From Candidatus Methanomethylophilaceae archaeon (GTDB taxonomy: Archaea; Thermoplasmatota; Thermoplasmata; Methanomassiliicoccales; Methanomethylophilaceae): 64,000 bases of DNA. The notes beneath the pieces were generated by a model. It was not told the origin of the DNA and searched no databases. It was given only the letters and a program-made list of their open reading frames with translations. Within the stretch, counting starts at the first letter, position 1; the number at the start of each line of letters is the position of its first letter. The position numbers and the translations under genes are program-made. Shown here one piece after another: positions 30,461 to 41,503 of this stretch. The DNA lies in assembly GCA_050950505.1 (NCBI GenBank), contig JBMNHS010000001.1, positions 672,001 to 736,000 of the forward strand. The letters are read 5' to 3'.

Positions 30461-31093
30461 TTAACGGGTCGCGGCTTCGTTGGTCACCTGACCGAACGCA
30501 GTTTTGTTCGAAATGTTTGTGATTTTGACACGCGCACGCGCGCCTTTGGCGGTGCCCGGCACGATAACGATCATGTCATCATGTTTGCCGATTCCGTCAC
30601 CCTTCTTTCCCACATCATTGATGACAATTTCGATAATGTCCCCGGCCTTGAGTTCGGCGGGGCCCGCTCTGACGGTCTTGCGCACGGAGATGGGTCTGCT
30701 GGCACCGCAGGCTTCACACTCGAGAAGTATGGTTCTGTCGTGTTTCACGAGCTTGGTGTCGGGACGGGAACATTCGGCACAGATCACATAGGTGTCTGTG
30801 TATTGCTGGAGTCTTTCGTTGAGAACGTTCATGGATATTTTCGCTTTGAAAATAGCCCGTCTGTTGTCAATTTCGCCGGGAGTTCCCAATTCTCTCAAGA
30901 GGAAGTGGAGCAGATGCTGAGGTTCCCTGCGGACCCTGTCTGCGATGTCCATAAAATTCCTGAGGATGGTGGTCTTACCTTCCTGCATGATATCCAGTTC
31001 CGGAAGTTCGAATCTCTCGTGAGCTTCTATCGTTTCCGGAAGATTCAGTTTGGCTCTGTTGAGCAATGCCATGTAATCTTCATCATTCCCCAT
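30461..31093 (-). CDS. eif2b: Translation initiation factor aIF2 beta with C-terminal TRAM domain
   Basis: ERFELPE, T-LRNF, RELGTPG, CAECSRPDT, CEACGA, TRAM GKKGDGIG. Confidence 0.95.
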   Translation of the reverse strand: MGNDEDYMALLNRAKLNLPETIEAHERFELPELDIMQEGKTTILRNFMDIADRVRREPQHLLHFLLRELGTPGEIDNRRAIFKAKISMNVLNERLQQYTDTYVICAECSRPDTKLVKHDRTILLECEACGASRPISVRKTVRAGPAELKAGDIIEIVINDVGKKGDGIGKHDDMIVIVPGTAKGARARVKITNISNKTAFGQVTNEAATR

Positions 31094-31382
31094 AGTATCT
31101 CCGATTCAGGCTAGGCAGAAGAGGATTTAAACGTTATGCATTCATACACGGTCACGGAAAATGGATTTCCGCCACGGCAAATATGAAACGCATATGCCGG
31201 AAATGCGGGCTTTTTTTATACAGACAGACTGAAGCGGCCATATTATGTATGCGGCCGTCACGTCGTAAAAGGTCTTATATAGAGGGTTATAATAGCAATG
31301 TTCTACGCATGACCCGTGTTATACGTGGTCTTTAAATACACAATCATATCGTGTGATAAAAAATTCAATGAGGTGAAGAAAT

Positions 31383-31811
31383 TTGGGAAATGGTCTAAAC
31401 ACCGCAAGAAAAATGAGAGTCGACAGGCAGAGGACCCGTTGGCTCGACAGAGGATACAAAAAGAGAGTGCTCAAGCTCAGGGAGAAATCGGATCCTTTGG
31501 AGGGATCCTCCCAGGCAAAGGGCATCGTGCTGGAGAAAGTCGGTATTGAAGCAAAGCAGCCCAACTCCGCCATACGCAAGTGCGTCAAGGTCCAGCTCAT
31601 AAAGAACGGACGTCAGGTCACCGCTTTTGCCGTCGGAGACGGCGCAATCAACTTCATCGACGAACATGATGAAGTTCTGATCGAAGGTATCGGCGGAAGG
31701 ATGGGTCGTTCTTACGGAGATATCCCCGGTGTCCGTTTCAAAGTAATCAAGGTTAACGATGTCTCCCTTGACGAGATGGTCAGGGGCAGAGCTGACAAGC
31801 CTGTGAGGTGA
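31383..31811 (+). CDS. rps12: 30S ribosomal protein S12 (uS12)
   Basis: [22 protein letters not shown]; TTG start after GAGGTGA. Confidence 0.98.
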   Translation: MGNGLNTARKMRVDRQRTRWLDRGYKKRVLKLREKSDPLEGSSQAKGIVLEKVGIEAKQPNSAIRKCVKVQLIKNGRQVTAFAVGDGAINFIDEHDEVLIEGIGGRMGRSYGDIPGVRFKVIKVNDVSLDEMVRGRADKPVR

Positions 31812-31816
31812 TTTTG

Positions 31817-32446
31817 ATGACAGGTGAAGAGAACACAGAAATTAAAGAAACGGTCGAAACGACCGAAGAGGCACCCGTAATGCCAAAACCCCTCATGTTC
31901 GGAAAATACGATTCTTCCGAGGTTGTGGTGGAGGACGTCGGTCTGGCAAAATATATGGACCTTACACCCACGAACATTCCCCATTCCGGGGGAAAACATG
32001 CGAACAGGTGGTTCGGCAAATCCAATTTAAGCATTGTCGAGAGACTCATCAACGATATTATGAGGACCGAGAAGTTCACCGGCAAGAAGATGAAGGCATA
32101 CAAGACCGTTTCCCAGGCCTTCGACATCGTTGCCGAGAAGACCAACGAAAACCCGATACAGATTCTTGTGTCAGGTCTTGAGAGAGCGGCCCCCAGGGAA
32201 GAGATCACAAGACTTCAGTACGGAGGAATCTCAGTTCCCAAAGCAGTGGACATCGCCCCTCAGAGAAGGCTCGACATCGCATTGCGCAATCTGAGCAACG
32301 GAGTCGTTGAAATCTCGTCCAAGAGCAAGAAGTCCATCTCCCAGTGTCTCGCTGACGAAATGATGTTGGCGGCAAAGGGCGACATGCAGTCCTTCTCTGT
32401 CTCCAAGAAAGAAGAAATTGAAAGAGTGGCCCAGGCCGCCAGGTGA
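31817..32446 (+). CDS. rps7: 30S ribosomal protein S7 (uS7)
   Basis: PHSGG, IVERLIN, NPIQIL, APREE, AVD-APQRR, KKEEIERVA. Confidence 0.98.
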   Translation: MTGEENTEIKETVETTEEAPVMPKPLMFGKYDSSEVVVEDVGLAKYMDLTPTNIPHSGGKHANRWFGKSNLSIVERLINDIMRTEKFTGKKMKAYKTVSQAFDIVAEKTNENPIQILVSGLERAAPREEITRLQYGGISVPKAVDIAPQRRLDIALRNLSNGVVEISSKSKKSISQCLADEMMLAAKGDMQSFSVSKKEEIERVAQAAR

Positions 32447-32470
32447 TTTTTACCGGTAGTGTGAGATAAA

Positions 32471-34678
32471 ATGGGAAGGAAAAGGGAAAACGTACGCAAA
32501 GCCACAGAAATAATGGACACTCCTGAGTACATCAGGAACATCGGTACGGCCGCGCACATCGATCACGGCAAGACCACATTCTCCGACAACCTGATAGCGG
32601 GTGCGGGAATGATGTCTTCCGAACTAGCCGGAGAACAGCGGGTTCTGGACTTCGACGATCAGGAAGCCGAAAGAGGCATCACGATTAACGCCGCAAGCGC
32701 ATCGATGGTTCACAGCTACGAAGGCAAGGACTATCTTGTCAACCTCATCGATACCCCGGGTCACGTTGACTTCGGAGGGGACGTTACCAGAGCCATGAGA
32801 TCTCTGGACGGTGTTTTCATTCTTTGCTGTGCCGTCGAAGGCATCATGCCTCAGACGGAAACAGTCATCAAACAGGCTCTCAAAGAGCGCGTCAGGCCCA
32901 TGTTGTTCATCAACAAGGTCGACAGGATGATTGTCGAACAGCAGGTCACCCGCGAAATGATGATTGATAAATTCTCCAGACTCATCGCGGAATTCAACCA
33001 GAAGATCGCCGCAAGTCTGCCCGCCCCCTTGAACAAGGAATGGCAGGTCAGCATCCAGGACGGAAACGTAGGATTCGGTTCCGCTTACAACAACTGGGCA
33101 ATATCTGCGCCTGCGATGAAGAAATACAACATGACTTTCACGGATATTTTCGAATACTGCAGCCGCGAAGGCGGTCAGCAGGAATTGGCCAAGAAGATTC
33201 CCCTTCATGAAGTGGCTCTTGCCATGGCCATTCAGCACGTCCCCAATCCGGTGGACGCGCAGAAATACCGTATCCCCATGATTTGGAAGGGTGACAAAGA
33301 GTCCGCCATCGGAAAGGCCATGATGAACTGTGACCCCAAAGGTCCCGCTTCGTTGATGGTCACCAAAATTATCATGGATCCCCATGCGGGAGAAGTCGCA
33401 TTCGGCAGACTGTTCTCGGGTACCGTGAAGAAGGGAGACACCCTCTACATTTCCGGAATGCCCAGCCCCCAAAGGGTTCAGACCGTCGCACTGATGGTCG
33501 GAGGGGACAGGATAGCGATAGACGAATGCGAGGCCGGCAACATTGTGGCCATCACAGGTCTCAGAGACGCCATTGCGGGTTCCACTTTGACTTCCATCAA
33601 AGACGCGGAACCCTTTGAAAGAATGGCCCACTACTCCGAGCCCGTTGTGACGAAGGCAATCGAAGCGAAAAACACCAAAGATCTTCCGAAACTCGTGGAA
33701 GTTCTCAGGTCCATCGCAAAAGCCGATCCGTCACTCAACATCGAAATCAACAACGATACCGGCGAACACCTGATTTCCGGTATGGGCGAACTCCACTTGG
33801 AAATCACCGAGTACAGAATCATCAACGAACAGAAGATCGACATCATTTCCTCTCAGCCCATCGTGGTTTACAGGGAAAGCGTGAAAGGTCCGAGTCCGAA
33901 AGACTTCGAAGGGAGATCTCCCAACAAGCACAACAGGTTCTTCTTCACGGTTGAACCTTTGGAAGATTCCGTCGTGGAAGCAATTCTCGGGGGAGACATC
34001 GACCCTGCGGCAAAAATCAGAGATCCCAAAGTACTTTCCGCTCATCTCGAAGAACTCGGAATGGAACGGGAAGAGGCAAAAAACGTTGTCACATTCAAGA
34101 ACACCAACGTTCTACTGGACATGACAAAAGGTATCCAGTACCTCCATGAAACCATGGAACTCATCAAGCAGTCCTTCGATGAGGCCATGGACAGGGGTCC
34201 ATTGGCCGCGGAAAAAGTTTCCGGCGTCAAAGTGAAACTCATGGATGCAAAACTCCACGAAGACACAATCCACAGAGGTCCCGCGCAGGTCATACCCGCG
34301 GTCAGGGACGGTATTTACGGTTCCATGTGTCAGGCGGGAAGAGTTCTGCTCGAACCCATGCAGAAGTTGTACATCAGCGTACCTCCGGATTACATGGGAG
34401 GCGCGGTGAACATGATCACCCAGCGCCGCGGCACGGTCACGGACATGGGCCAGGACGGAGCCGATTCTTCTGTAAGTGCAATCGCCCCTGTCGCAGACAT
34501 GTTCGGATTCGCTTCCGATATACGCAGCGCAACACAGGGCCGTGCTCTTTGGTCCACTGAGAATGCAGGATTCCAGAGAGCTCCCAACGAACTTCAGAAG
34601 AAGATCGTGGAAGAAGTCAGAGTCAGGAAAGGACTTAATCCCGAACCTTACGACGACAAATACTACGCCGGAGTGTAA
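32471..34678 (+). CDS. fusA: Elongation factor 2 (aEF-2)
   Basis: AHIDHGKTT, RGITI, DTPGHVDF, NKVD, diphthamide site LHEDTIHRG. Confidence 0.99.
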   Translation: MGRKRENVRKATEIMDTPEYIRNIGTAAHIDHGKTTFSDNLIAGAGMMSSELAGEQRVLDFDDQEAERGITINAASASMVHSYEGKDYLVNLIDTPGHVDFGGDVTRAMRSLDGVFILCCAVEGIMPQTETVIKQALKERVRPMLFINKVDRMIVEQQVTREMMIDKFSRLIAEFNQKIAASLPAPLNKEWQVSIQDGNVGFGSAYNNWAISAPAMKKYNMTFTDIFEYCSREGGQQELAKKIPLHEVALAMAIQHVPNPVDAQKYRIPMIWKGDKESAIGKAMMNCDPKGPASLMVTKIIMDPHAGEVAFGRLFSGTVKKGDTLYISGMPSPQRVQTVALMVGGDRIAIDECEAGNIVAITGLRDAIAGSTLTSIKDAEPFERMAHYSEPVVTKAIEAKNTKDLPKLVEVLRSIAKADPSLNIEINNDTGEHLISGMGELHLEITEYRIINEQKIDIISSQPIVVYRESVKGPSPKDFEGRSPNKHNRFFFTVEPLEDSVVEAILGGDIDPAAKIRDPKVLSAHLEELGMEREEAKNVVTFKNTNVLLDMTKGIQYLHETMELIKQSFDEAMDRGPLAAEKVSGVKVKLMDAKLHEDTIHRGPAQVIPAVRDGIYGSMCQAGRVLLEPMQKLYISVPPDYMGGAVNMITQRRGTVTDMGQDGADSSVSAIAPVADMFGFASDIRSATQGRALWSTENAGFQRAPNELQKKIVEEVRVRKGLNPEPYDDKYYAGV

Positions 34679-34748
34679 ACATTAAATAATAAACATATTA
34701 TGGACAATCAGTTTAAGTAAAAATTATATAAATAAGGAGTGAAAAAAT

Positions 34749-36008
34749 ATGGCTAAAGAGCACATGAATCTGGTCATCATAGGTCACGTCGACCACGGGA
34801 AGTCGACCCTTACGGGAAGACTCCTCCTCGACGCGAATGCTATCGAGCCTCACTTGGTTGAAAAATACAAAAAAGAAGCCGAAGAGAAAGGTAAAGGTAC
34901 CTTCTATTTCGCATGGGTCATGGACGGCCTTAAGGAAGAGAGGGAAAGAGGAGTCACTATCGATATCGCGCACAAAAAGTTCGAGACCGAAAAGTACAAC
35001 TACACCGTCATCGACGCCCCCGGTCACCGTGACTTCGTCAAGAACATGATCACCGGTACTTCCCAGGCAGATGCCGCAATCATCACCTGCTCCGCTATCG
35101 AAGGTCCCCAGGCACAGACCAAGGAACACGTCTTCCTCGCAGTCACCTTGGGTATCAAGCAGATCATCGTCGTCATCAACAAGATGGACGCCGTCGACTA
35201 CAGCGAAGAAAAGTTCAACGATGCAGCCAACGAAATGATCAAACTGATGAAATCCGTCGGCTCGACCCCCAAGGAAGTCATTCCGATTTCCGCGTACATG
35301 GGCGACAACATCAAGACCAAATCCGACAAGACCCCTTACTACAAGGGTGCAACCCTGTTCGAGGCTCTTGACAACTTCGAGGTTCCCGCCAAACACACCG
35401 AGAAACCCCTCAGGCTTCCGGTTCAGGACGTATACACGATTACCGGTATCGGAACCGTTCCCGTCGGCCGTGTCGAAACCGGAATCCTCAAGCCCAACAT
35501 GGCTGTCATGTTTGAACCTTCTCACATCAAGGGAGAAGTCAAATCCATTGAGGCACACCACGAGGTTCTTCCCCAGGCATTGCCCGGTGACAACGTCGGA
35601 TTCAACGTCCGCGGTGTGGCAAAGAACGACATCAAGAGAGGAGACGTCGCAGGTCCTGTTGACAACCCCCCCACCGTTGCAAAATCCTTTGTCGCGCAGA
35701 TTGTTGTCTTGAACCACCCCTCGGTGATCACAGTCGGATACACCCCCGTGTTCCACTGCCACACCACGCAGACCGCGTGCAGAATCACCGAACTGATCAA
35801 GACCCTCGATCCCAAGAGCGGTGCAGTCAAGGAAGAAAACCCTGACTACCTGAAGACCGGAGACATTGCCTTCGTAAGGTGCGTACCCACCAAACCCATG
35901 GCAATCGAAACTGCAAAGGAATACCCGCCCCTCGGAAGGTTCGCCATCCGTGATATGGGTCAGACCGTCGCAGCCGGCCAGTGCATTGAGATCGAGAGAG
36001 CCAACTGA
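34749..36008 (+). CDS. tuf: Elongation factor 1-alpha
   Basis: [39 protein letters not shown]. Confidence 0.99.
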   Translation: MAKEHMNLVIIGHVDHGKSTLTGRLLLDANAIEPHLVEKYKKEAEEKGKGTFYFAWVMDGLKEERERGVTIDIAHKKFETEKYNYTVIDAPGHRDFVKNMITGTSQADAAIITCSAIEGPQAQTKEHVFLAVTLGIKQIIVVINKMDAVDYSEEKFNDAANEMIKLMKSVGSTPKEVIPISAYMGDNIKTKSDKTPYYKGATLFEALDNFEVPAKHTEKPLRLPVQDVYTITGIGTVPVGRVETGILKPNMAVMFEPSHIKGEVKSIEAHHEVLPQALPGDNVGFNVRGVAKNDIKRGDVAGPVDNPPTVAKSFVAQIVVLNHPSVITVGYTPVFHCHTTQTACRITELIKTLDPKSGAVKEENPDYLKTGDIAFVRCVPTKPMAIETAKEYPPLGRFAIRDMGQTVAAGQCIEIERAN

Positions 36009-36037
36009 GGCTCTCTTGCAAATCAAAAGGGATTAAG

Positions 36038-36352
36038 ATGTCACAGCGTGCAAGGATTTCCTTAAGCGGAACCGACCCGTTGAAGGTCGATAACGTATGC
36101 GGTCAAATCAAGGCCATATCTCAGAGGACCGGAGTGCCCATACGCGGCCCCGTTCCCCTTCCCACCAAGAAACTCAGGGTCCCCTGCAGGAAAAGCCCTG
36201 ACGGAGAGGGAAGTGAAACCTGGGATCACTGGGAGATGCGCATCCACAAGAGGCTCATCTACCTTGATGCCGATGAGCGTGCACTCAGGCAGCTCATGAG
36301 GATCGATGTCCCCGACGGTGTGAACATCGAAATGCGCCTTCACAGCAACTGA
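36038..36352 (+). CDS. rps10: 30S ribosomal protein S10 (uS10)
   Basis: [27 protein letters not shown]. Confidence 0.98.
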   Translation: MSQRARISLSGTDPLKVDNVCGQIKAISQRTGVPIRGPVPLPTKKLRVPCRKSPDGEGSETWDHWEMRIHKRLIYLDADERALRQLMRIDVPDGVNIEMRLHSN

Positions 36353-36368
36353 AACCATTTCAATTAAA

Positions 36369-36408
36369 GGGGCATGGTCAATCCATGCCCCCAACCCCAC
36401 CCTTTTTA
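36369..36408 (+). terminator. Hairpin after rps10
   Basis: GGGGCATGG-TCAAT-CCATGCCCC then C/T-rich tract. Confidence 0.55.
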
Positions 36409-36458
36409 ATTCAGTTAATTTTATACGCTATTCCTCAATAGTCCACTAAGGTAGTGCA

Positions 36459-38105
36459 ATGAGGAGCGACGCTGTCAAAAAAGGCATAGACAAGGCACCG
36501 GCAAGAAGTCTGCTGAGGGCCGACGGACTTACCGACGAAGATTTTGAAAAACCCTTCATCGGAATAGCCAATTCCTGGAACGAAGTGGTTCCCGGACATA
36601 TACATTTGAACGAACTGGTCGATGCGGTCAAGGAAGGAATAATCGAAGCGGGAGGAAAGCCCTTCGTTTTCGGCGTTCCCGCTTTGTGCGACGGAATCGC
36701 CATGGGCCACAACGGAATGAGATTTTCCCTGATTTCCCGGGAAGTTATTTCCGATTGTTGCGAAGTCATGGTGGAAGGTCACGCTTTCGACGCTTGGGTC
36801 GGAGTCACCAACTGTGACAAAGTAACCCCCGGCATGCTTATGGCCGCGGGAAGAATGAACGTCCCCGCCATCATGCTGACCGGCGGCGCCATGGAAGTCG
36901 GAAAAGACGGTGACGAGGACCTCGATCTTCAATCTGTTTTCGAGGCTCTCGGAGAATATTCCGCAGGCAAAGTCGATGAAGAATACGTCAGGAACATTGA
37001 ATGCAAAGCCTGTCCCGGCAGAGGAAGCTGTTCCGGTCTGTTCACCGCGAACACAATGGCCTGTCTCACCGAAACTCTCGGTCTGAGTCTAACCGGATGT
37101 GCCACTTCCATAGCCACCGACAAAAAGAAATTGCAAATAGCCAAAGACACCGGACGCAAAATTGTGGAACTTGCGAAGAAGAAAATCAAACCCCGCGATA
37201 TTGTGAATGAAGCATCCTTCAGAAACGTCATCAGAGTGGACATGGCCATCGGAGGCTCCACCAATACCGCGCTGCACATACCCGCGATATCCAAAGATTT
37301 CGGAGTCCCTGTGACTCTTGACGATTTCGATGAAATATCCCGTCAGGTCCCCCACATCACAAGCCTTAGGCCCGCCGGACCTTACAGCATTGCGGATCTG
37401 GATGCCGCCGGAGGCATTCCCGCGGTTCTCAGAAGACTTTCGGAAGTTTTGGAAAACGCACCGACGGTCAACGGAACGGACATAAAGGAAATCGCCGAAT
37501 CCGCCGAAGTTTTCGATGAAGAGATAATCCGTTCATCCGGCAATCCGTTCCACAAACAGGGCGGAATCGCCGTATTGAAAGGGAATCTGGCACCGGAAGG
37601 TTCTGTCATAAAACAGGCCGCGGTCAGCAAAGAAATGATGAAATTCTCTGGCACTGCCAAAGTTTTTGACGGTGAAGACAAGGCCACCGAAGCCATAGTG
37701 TCCGGTGCAATCGTTCCGGGGGATGTTGTGATCATCAGATACGAAGGTCCCAAAGGGGCACCGGGCATGCCCGAAATGCTTTCCCCCACCAGCCTCATCA
37801 TAGGCAGGGGACTCGGAGACTCCGTTGCTTTGATCACGGACGGAAGATTTTCCGGAGCTTCCAGAGGAGGCGCGATAGGTCACGTTTCTCCCGAAGCATA
37901 CGAAGGCGGCCCCATAGCCGCCGTGCGTGACGGAGACATTATCGACATAGACATTTCCGCAAGAACTCTCAATGTGAGACTGGCCGATGAGGAAATCAAA
38001 GAACGTCTCGCAACCGTCAAGAAAGTGGAAAGAGAAGTGACCGGAGTCCAGAAAAAATACCGGAAACTTGTTTCCAACGGAGCCAACGGTGCGTATTTGG
38101 AGTAA
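36459..38105 (+). CDS. ilvD: Dihydroxy-acid dehydratase
   Basis: [53 protein letters not shown]. Confidence 0.98.
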   Translation: MRSDAVKKGIDKAPARSLLRADGLTDEDFEKPFIGIANSWNEVVPGHIHLNELVDAVKEGIIEAGGKPFVFGVPALCDGIAMGHNGMRFSLISREVISDCCEVMVEGHAFDAWVGVTNCDKVTPGMLMAAGRMNVPAIMLTGGAMEVGKDGDEDLDLQSVFEALGEYSAGKVDEEYVRNIECKACPGRGSCSGLFTANTMACLTETLGLSLTGCATSIATDKKKLQIAKDTGRKIVELAKKKIKPRDIVNEASFRNVIRVDMAIGGSTNTALHIPAISKDFGVPVTLDDFDEISRQVPHITSLRPAGPYSIADLDAAGGIPAVLRRLSEVLENAPTVNGTDIKEIAESAEVFDEEIIRSSGNPFHKQGGIAVLKGNLAPEGSVIKQAAVSKEMMKFSGTAKVFDGEDKATEAIVSGAIVPGDVVIIRYEGPKGAPGMPEMLSPTSLIIGRGLGDSVALITDGRFSGASRGGAIGHVSPEAYEGGPIAAVRDGDIIDIDISARTLNVRLADEEIKERLATVKKVEREVTGVQKKYRKLVSNGANGAYLE

Positions 38106-38111
38106 ACGGGA

Positions 38112-38621
38112 GTGAGCGATTTCAAGGTTGACGAAACCGGCAAAACCCGCGACGGGTATTACACATTGCCGAAAAAATCGATGGGTTCAATGTATGTGAG
38201 AAGCATCATTCTTCTTGCGGTACTGGCAATCGTGGCGGTCGCATCAGATTATTTCTTGGTCTCTGAAGAAATCACGGGATTTCCGGTGACGGCTCTGATG
38301 TCAGTCTACGTCCTTATGACGATTTATCTTCTGATATGGCCCGCGGTATATTACGCACGTTACAGGTACCGCATCAACGAAGACAGGATTGACATCCGCA
38401 GAGGGGTTTTCGTGATAAAGCATACGGTGGTGCCCACCGAAAGAGTTCATCAGTTGGAAGTCGCCCGGGGTCCCATAAACAACCTTTTCGGATTGGCCGA
38501 TGTGACGATAACCACGGCCGGCGGCATTGCCGCCATACAGTATTTGGATCGGGAAACCGCGGCGGAAATCGCTGACAGCCTTAACGAATACATCACGGAC
38601 ATCATCAGGAGCAGGGAATGA
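38112..38621 (+). CDS. bPH_2 domain membrane protein (YdbS-like)
   Basis: 2 TM then RYRI..IRRG....VP-ERV..V-RGPI-NLFGLA-V-I-TAGG. Confidence 0.85.
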   Translation: MSDFKVDETGKTRDGYYTLPKKSMGSMYVRSIILLAVLAIVAVASDYFLVSEEITGFPVTALMSVYVLMTIYLLIWPAVYYARYRYRINEDRIDIRRGVFVIKHTVVPTERVHQLEVARGPINNLFGLADVTITTAGGIAAIQYLDRETAAEIADSLNEYITDIIRSRE

Positions 38622-40168
38622 CCGGTGGCAGAAACATCGTCATGGATCCGCCGGTCCGCCAGGACGGAATCGGTTCCGACGAAGAATTTCGGCAACACCC
38701 CATAAAGGTTGTCGAAGAAGTTTTCACCGTGACAACCCTAGCGTTTTTTACCATACTCATATTGCCGGTTTTCATTTCGGAAACCGAGTCCGGAATAGCA
38801 AACTATGCCGTTCCGATATCCGCCGGAATTTTTCTGGCAATAGTTGCTTCGGGGTTATGGGTATCATACTGGCGTTGGAGAAATACCGTAATCAGATTCA
38901 AAGAAACGGAAGTAACGGTGTTCCGGGACACGGTGTTCAAAAGAGAAGTTCGGATAGCATACACGAAAATAGCGTCCACGAACGTCAACAGAGGAATAAT
39001 CAACCGTTTGACCGGCACGTCAAAACTGATGATAAACATAAACAGCAGCGTCAACGCAATTGTGCCGGAATTGACACTGACTTTTGATGCGTATCTGACT
39101 GACAGAATACGCAAAGATCTGGCGACGAAGATGCAGAACACGGAGTTCGTCACCGATTCGGAGATGCCTTCTTTACTGAGGGTCACCGACAAGGACATCA
39201 TCATCCACAGTCTTCTTTCACAGCCGACCGCGTCTTCCATTTTCGGAATCATGATGTTTTTGACGGCCGTCAGTGAAATCATTCTGTATTCCGAAAGCTC
39301 CGTGATGGGAATAACCGCGTTGTTGATGTTTCTGATGACTTATCTGATGCCCGTCGTCACGATGATGGTCCACTACTACAATTACAGGATTTACAAATCC
39401 GGCGATACGATATACATCAGTCACGGACTGATAAGGACATACAACAAATCTTTTAAAATCACAAGAATAAACGCCGTGCGTTTGAGAAGTCCGCTGATAC
39501 CCAGATTGTTTGGGAGATACATGATTGATGCGGAAGTCGTGGGTCTGGTTGCCGGAGACGAAGGAAGCAATCCCAATACCGCCCCGTTGCTTTGTCCCAT
39601 GAAGGATAAGGAAACGATTGAAAACATGTTGAACATTCTCGTCCCTGATTTTGTTTCGGACGATGAAAAAATACTGCAACCGAAAGAAGCAAAAATACCC
39701 ATATTCGCCCGTGCGGCGGCATACTCCGCTGTAACCGCGGCAATAATGTACGTCATTTATGACTCAATCCAATCATTTTACGTTCAGTCAGGTATTGCTC
39801 CGGGCAATCTTTCTCTTTGGTTTGCCGCAATAACCGTATTGATTGCAATCGGTTTCTTTGTTAACGGAATCTGGTCGCTCAGAGTGGTGACTTTCGGCAA
39901 AAGCGGGGAAGTGTTCACCTTCGTCACGGGAACCGTGGACCGTAAAGAGATTATGGTGAAATATGATAAAGTTCAGATTGCCACGACTTCGGAAGGCCCT
40001 CTGTCAAAACCCTTCGGTCTGGCAAGGGAAAACGTAAATCTGCTGTCTTCCCTGGGTTCTCAGAACATAGGTTCCGGATACTTCCGTTCAGACGACATGA
40101 AAGGAATTTCGGAAGAAACCATTGCCAGAATCAACGACCGGCGGTACGATTACAGAAAATACCTGTGA
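38618..40168 (+). CDS. Multi-bPH_2 domain membrane protein (YdbT-like)
   Basis: Three repeats of TM pair plus bPH domain; overlaps the ydbS-like stop. Confidence 0.8.
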   Translation: MTGGRNIVMDPPVRQDGIGSDEEFRQHPIKVVEEVFTVTTLAFFTILILPVFISETESGIANYAVPISAGIFLAIVASGLWVSYWRWRNTVIRFKETEVTVFRDTVFKREVRIAYTKIASTNVNRGIINRLTGTSKLMININSSVNAIVPELTLTFDAYLTDRIRKDLATKMQNTEFVTDSEMPSLLRVTDKDIIIHSLLSQPTASSIFGIMMFLTAVSEIILYSESSVMGITALLMFLMTYLMPVVTMMVHYYNYRIYKSGDTIYISHGLIRTYNKSFKITRINAVRLRSPLIPRLFGRYMIDAEVVGLVAGDEGSNPNTAPLLCPMKDKETIENMLNILVPDFVSDDEKILQPKEAKIPIFARAAAYSAVTAAIMYVIYDSIQSFYVQSGIAPGNLSLWFAAITVLIAIGFFVNGIWSLRVVTFGKSGEVFTFVTGTVDRKEIMVKYDKVQIATTSEGPLSKPFGLARENVNLLSSLGSQNIGSGYFRSDDMKGISEETIARINDRRYDYRKYL

Positions 40169-40429
40169 TCATTCCTGTATTTTTTTGGACCAGGTCATCA
40201 GCAACACGGCAAGTTCTTCGGCCGCATCCGGGTCGATTCCCTCTTCTTCGGCGAAATTTCTGTATCTGGAGATGACGGCGTCTTCCACTTCTTTATTCAA
40301 AACCGGCGTGCCGGATTCTTTTTTGACCTTCCCTATTTCGGATGCTATATGCAATCTCTCGGAAACCAGTGTCAATATTTTTTCATCGGTGAACGCTATT
40401 TTTTTTCTCAATTCCGCAAGATTCATCAA
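40169..40429 (-). CDS. Chorismate mutase (AroQ)
   Basis: L-ELR-KI---DE-IL-LV-ER--IA-EIG--K, with terminal S--IQ. Confidence 0.88.
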   Translation of the reverse strand: MMNLAELRKKIAFTDEKILTLVSERLHIASEIGKVKKESGTPVLNKEVEDAVISRYRNFAEEEGIDPDAAEELAVLLMTWSKKIQE

Positions 40430-41478
40430 TATCGCCTCATGATTTGATCCGCAAGCACCAATGCAGTCATCGATTCCACGACGACGGCAACCCTCGGAAC
40501 AATACAGGGATCGTGTCTTCCGGTTATGCGTATGTCAACGGTTTCGTCGGTTCTCAAATCCACGGTGCTTTGTATTCTCGATATGGACGGCGTGGGTTTG
40601 AAAGCGCATCTGAACACCAGGGGAGAGCCGTTGCTCATGCCCCCCACAAGCCCTCCGAGATTGTTCGTTATTGTTTTCACTCCGTTTTTGTAGTGATATT
40701 GATCGTTGCTTTCGGAACCTTTCATCTCCGTAAGGGCGAAACCCTTTCCGAATTCGATTCCCTTGCAGGCGGGGATGCCGAACATCGCTCTCGCGATTTC
40801 GGAATCGAGGGATTCAAACCGTATCCCCCCGAACCCTATGGGCAATCCGGTCACGATGCATTCCGTCACGCCTCCGACACTGTCACCCATTTCTGCCGCA
40901 CCTTCGATTTCTTTTCTCATGTCAGCGTCAAGAAAAGAACTGCAGGATCTCGTGGCATGCATTTCGGAAGCCACGGAATCCGATATGGTGCGTTCTTTGA
41001 CGTCTTTCACGGAACCGATGGATCTGGTAAAAGCAGAAATTTCAATTCCTTTTTGTCTAACGAACTGTCTGGCGACGCTTCCGCCGGCGACAACCGCCGC
41101 AGTAAGTCTTCCCGAAAAAGGACCTCCGCCGGTTATGTCTATTCCCTTTGCTATGGCGGGAAGGTCCGCATGACCGGGACGGGGCTTGTAACCGTATTCG
41201 GAATAATCCTTGCTGCGGATGTTTTTATTTGCGATTCTGATGTCAATCGGCATTCCGTCCGTAACTCCGTCTCTCAGTCCGGACACGAATTCGGGAACGT
41301 CATCTTCTTTCCGACCGGTCCCTATGCCGGATTGTGGTTTTCTCAATGACATGTATTTGGACACGGACTCCGGATTGACTTCCATGCCTGCCGGCAATCC
41401 TTCCAATATACAACCCACGAAAGGCCCGTGACTGCTGCCGTACAGCGTAAATTTTATTTTTTTACCCATTTGATACAT
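40426..41478 (-). CDS. aroC: Chorismate synthase
   Basis: G-SHG, PRPGHAD, GDSVGG, IPA-KGIEFG, FKPTPSI, GRHDPCI. Confidence 0.97.
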   Translation of the reverse strand: MYQMGKKIKFTLYGSSHGPFVGCILEGLPAGMEVNPESVSKYMSLRKPQSGIGTGRKEDDVPEFVSGLRDGVTDGMPIDIRIANKNIRSKDYSEYGYKPRPGHADLPAIAKGIDITGGGPFSGRLTAAVVAGGSVARQFVRQKGIEISAFTRSIGSVKDVKERTISDSVASEMHATRSCSSFLDADMRKEIEGAAEMGDSVGGVTECIVTGLPIGFGGIRFESLDSEIARAMFGIPACKGIEFGKGFALTEMKGSESNDQYHYKNGVKTITNNLGGLVGGMSNGSPLVFRCAFKPTPSISRIQSTVDLRTDETVDIRITGRHDPCIVPRVAVVVESMTALVLADQIMRRY

Positions 41479-41503
41479 AACCGTCCATCACTCCTGTCAT
41501 CAA

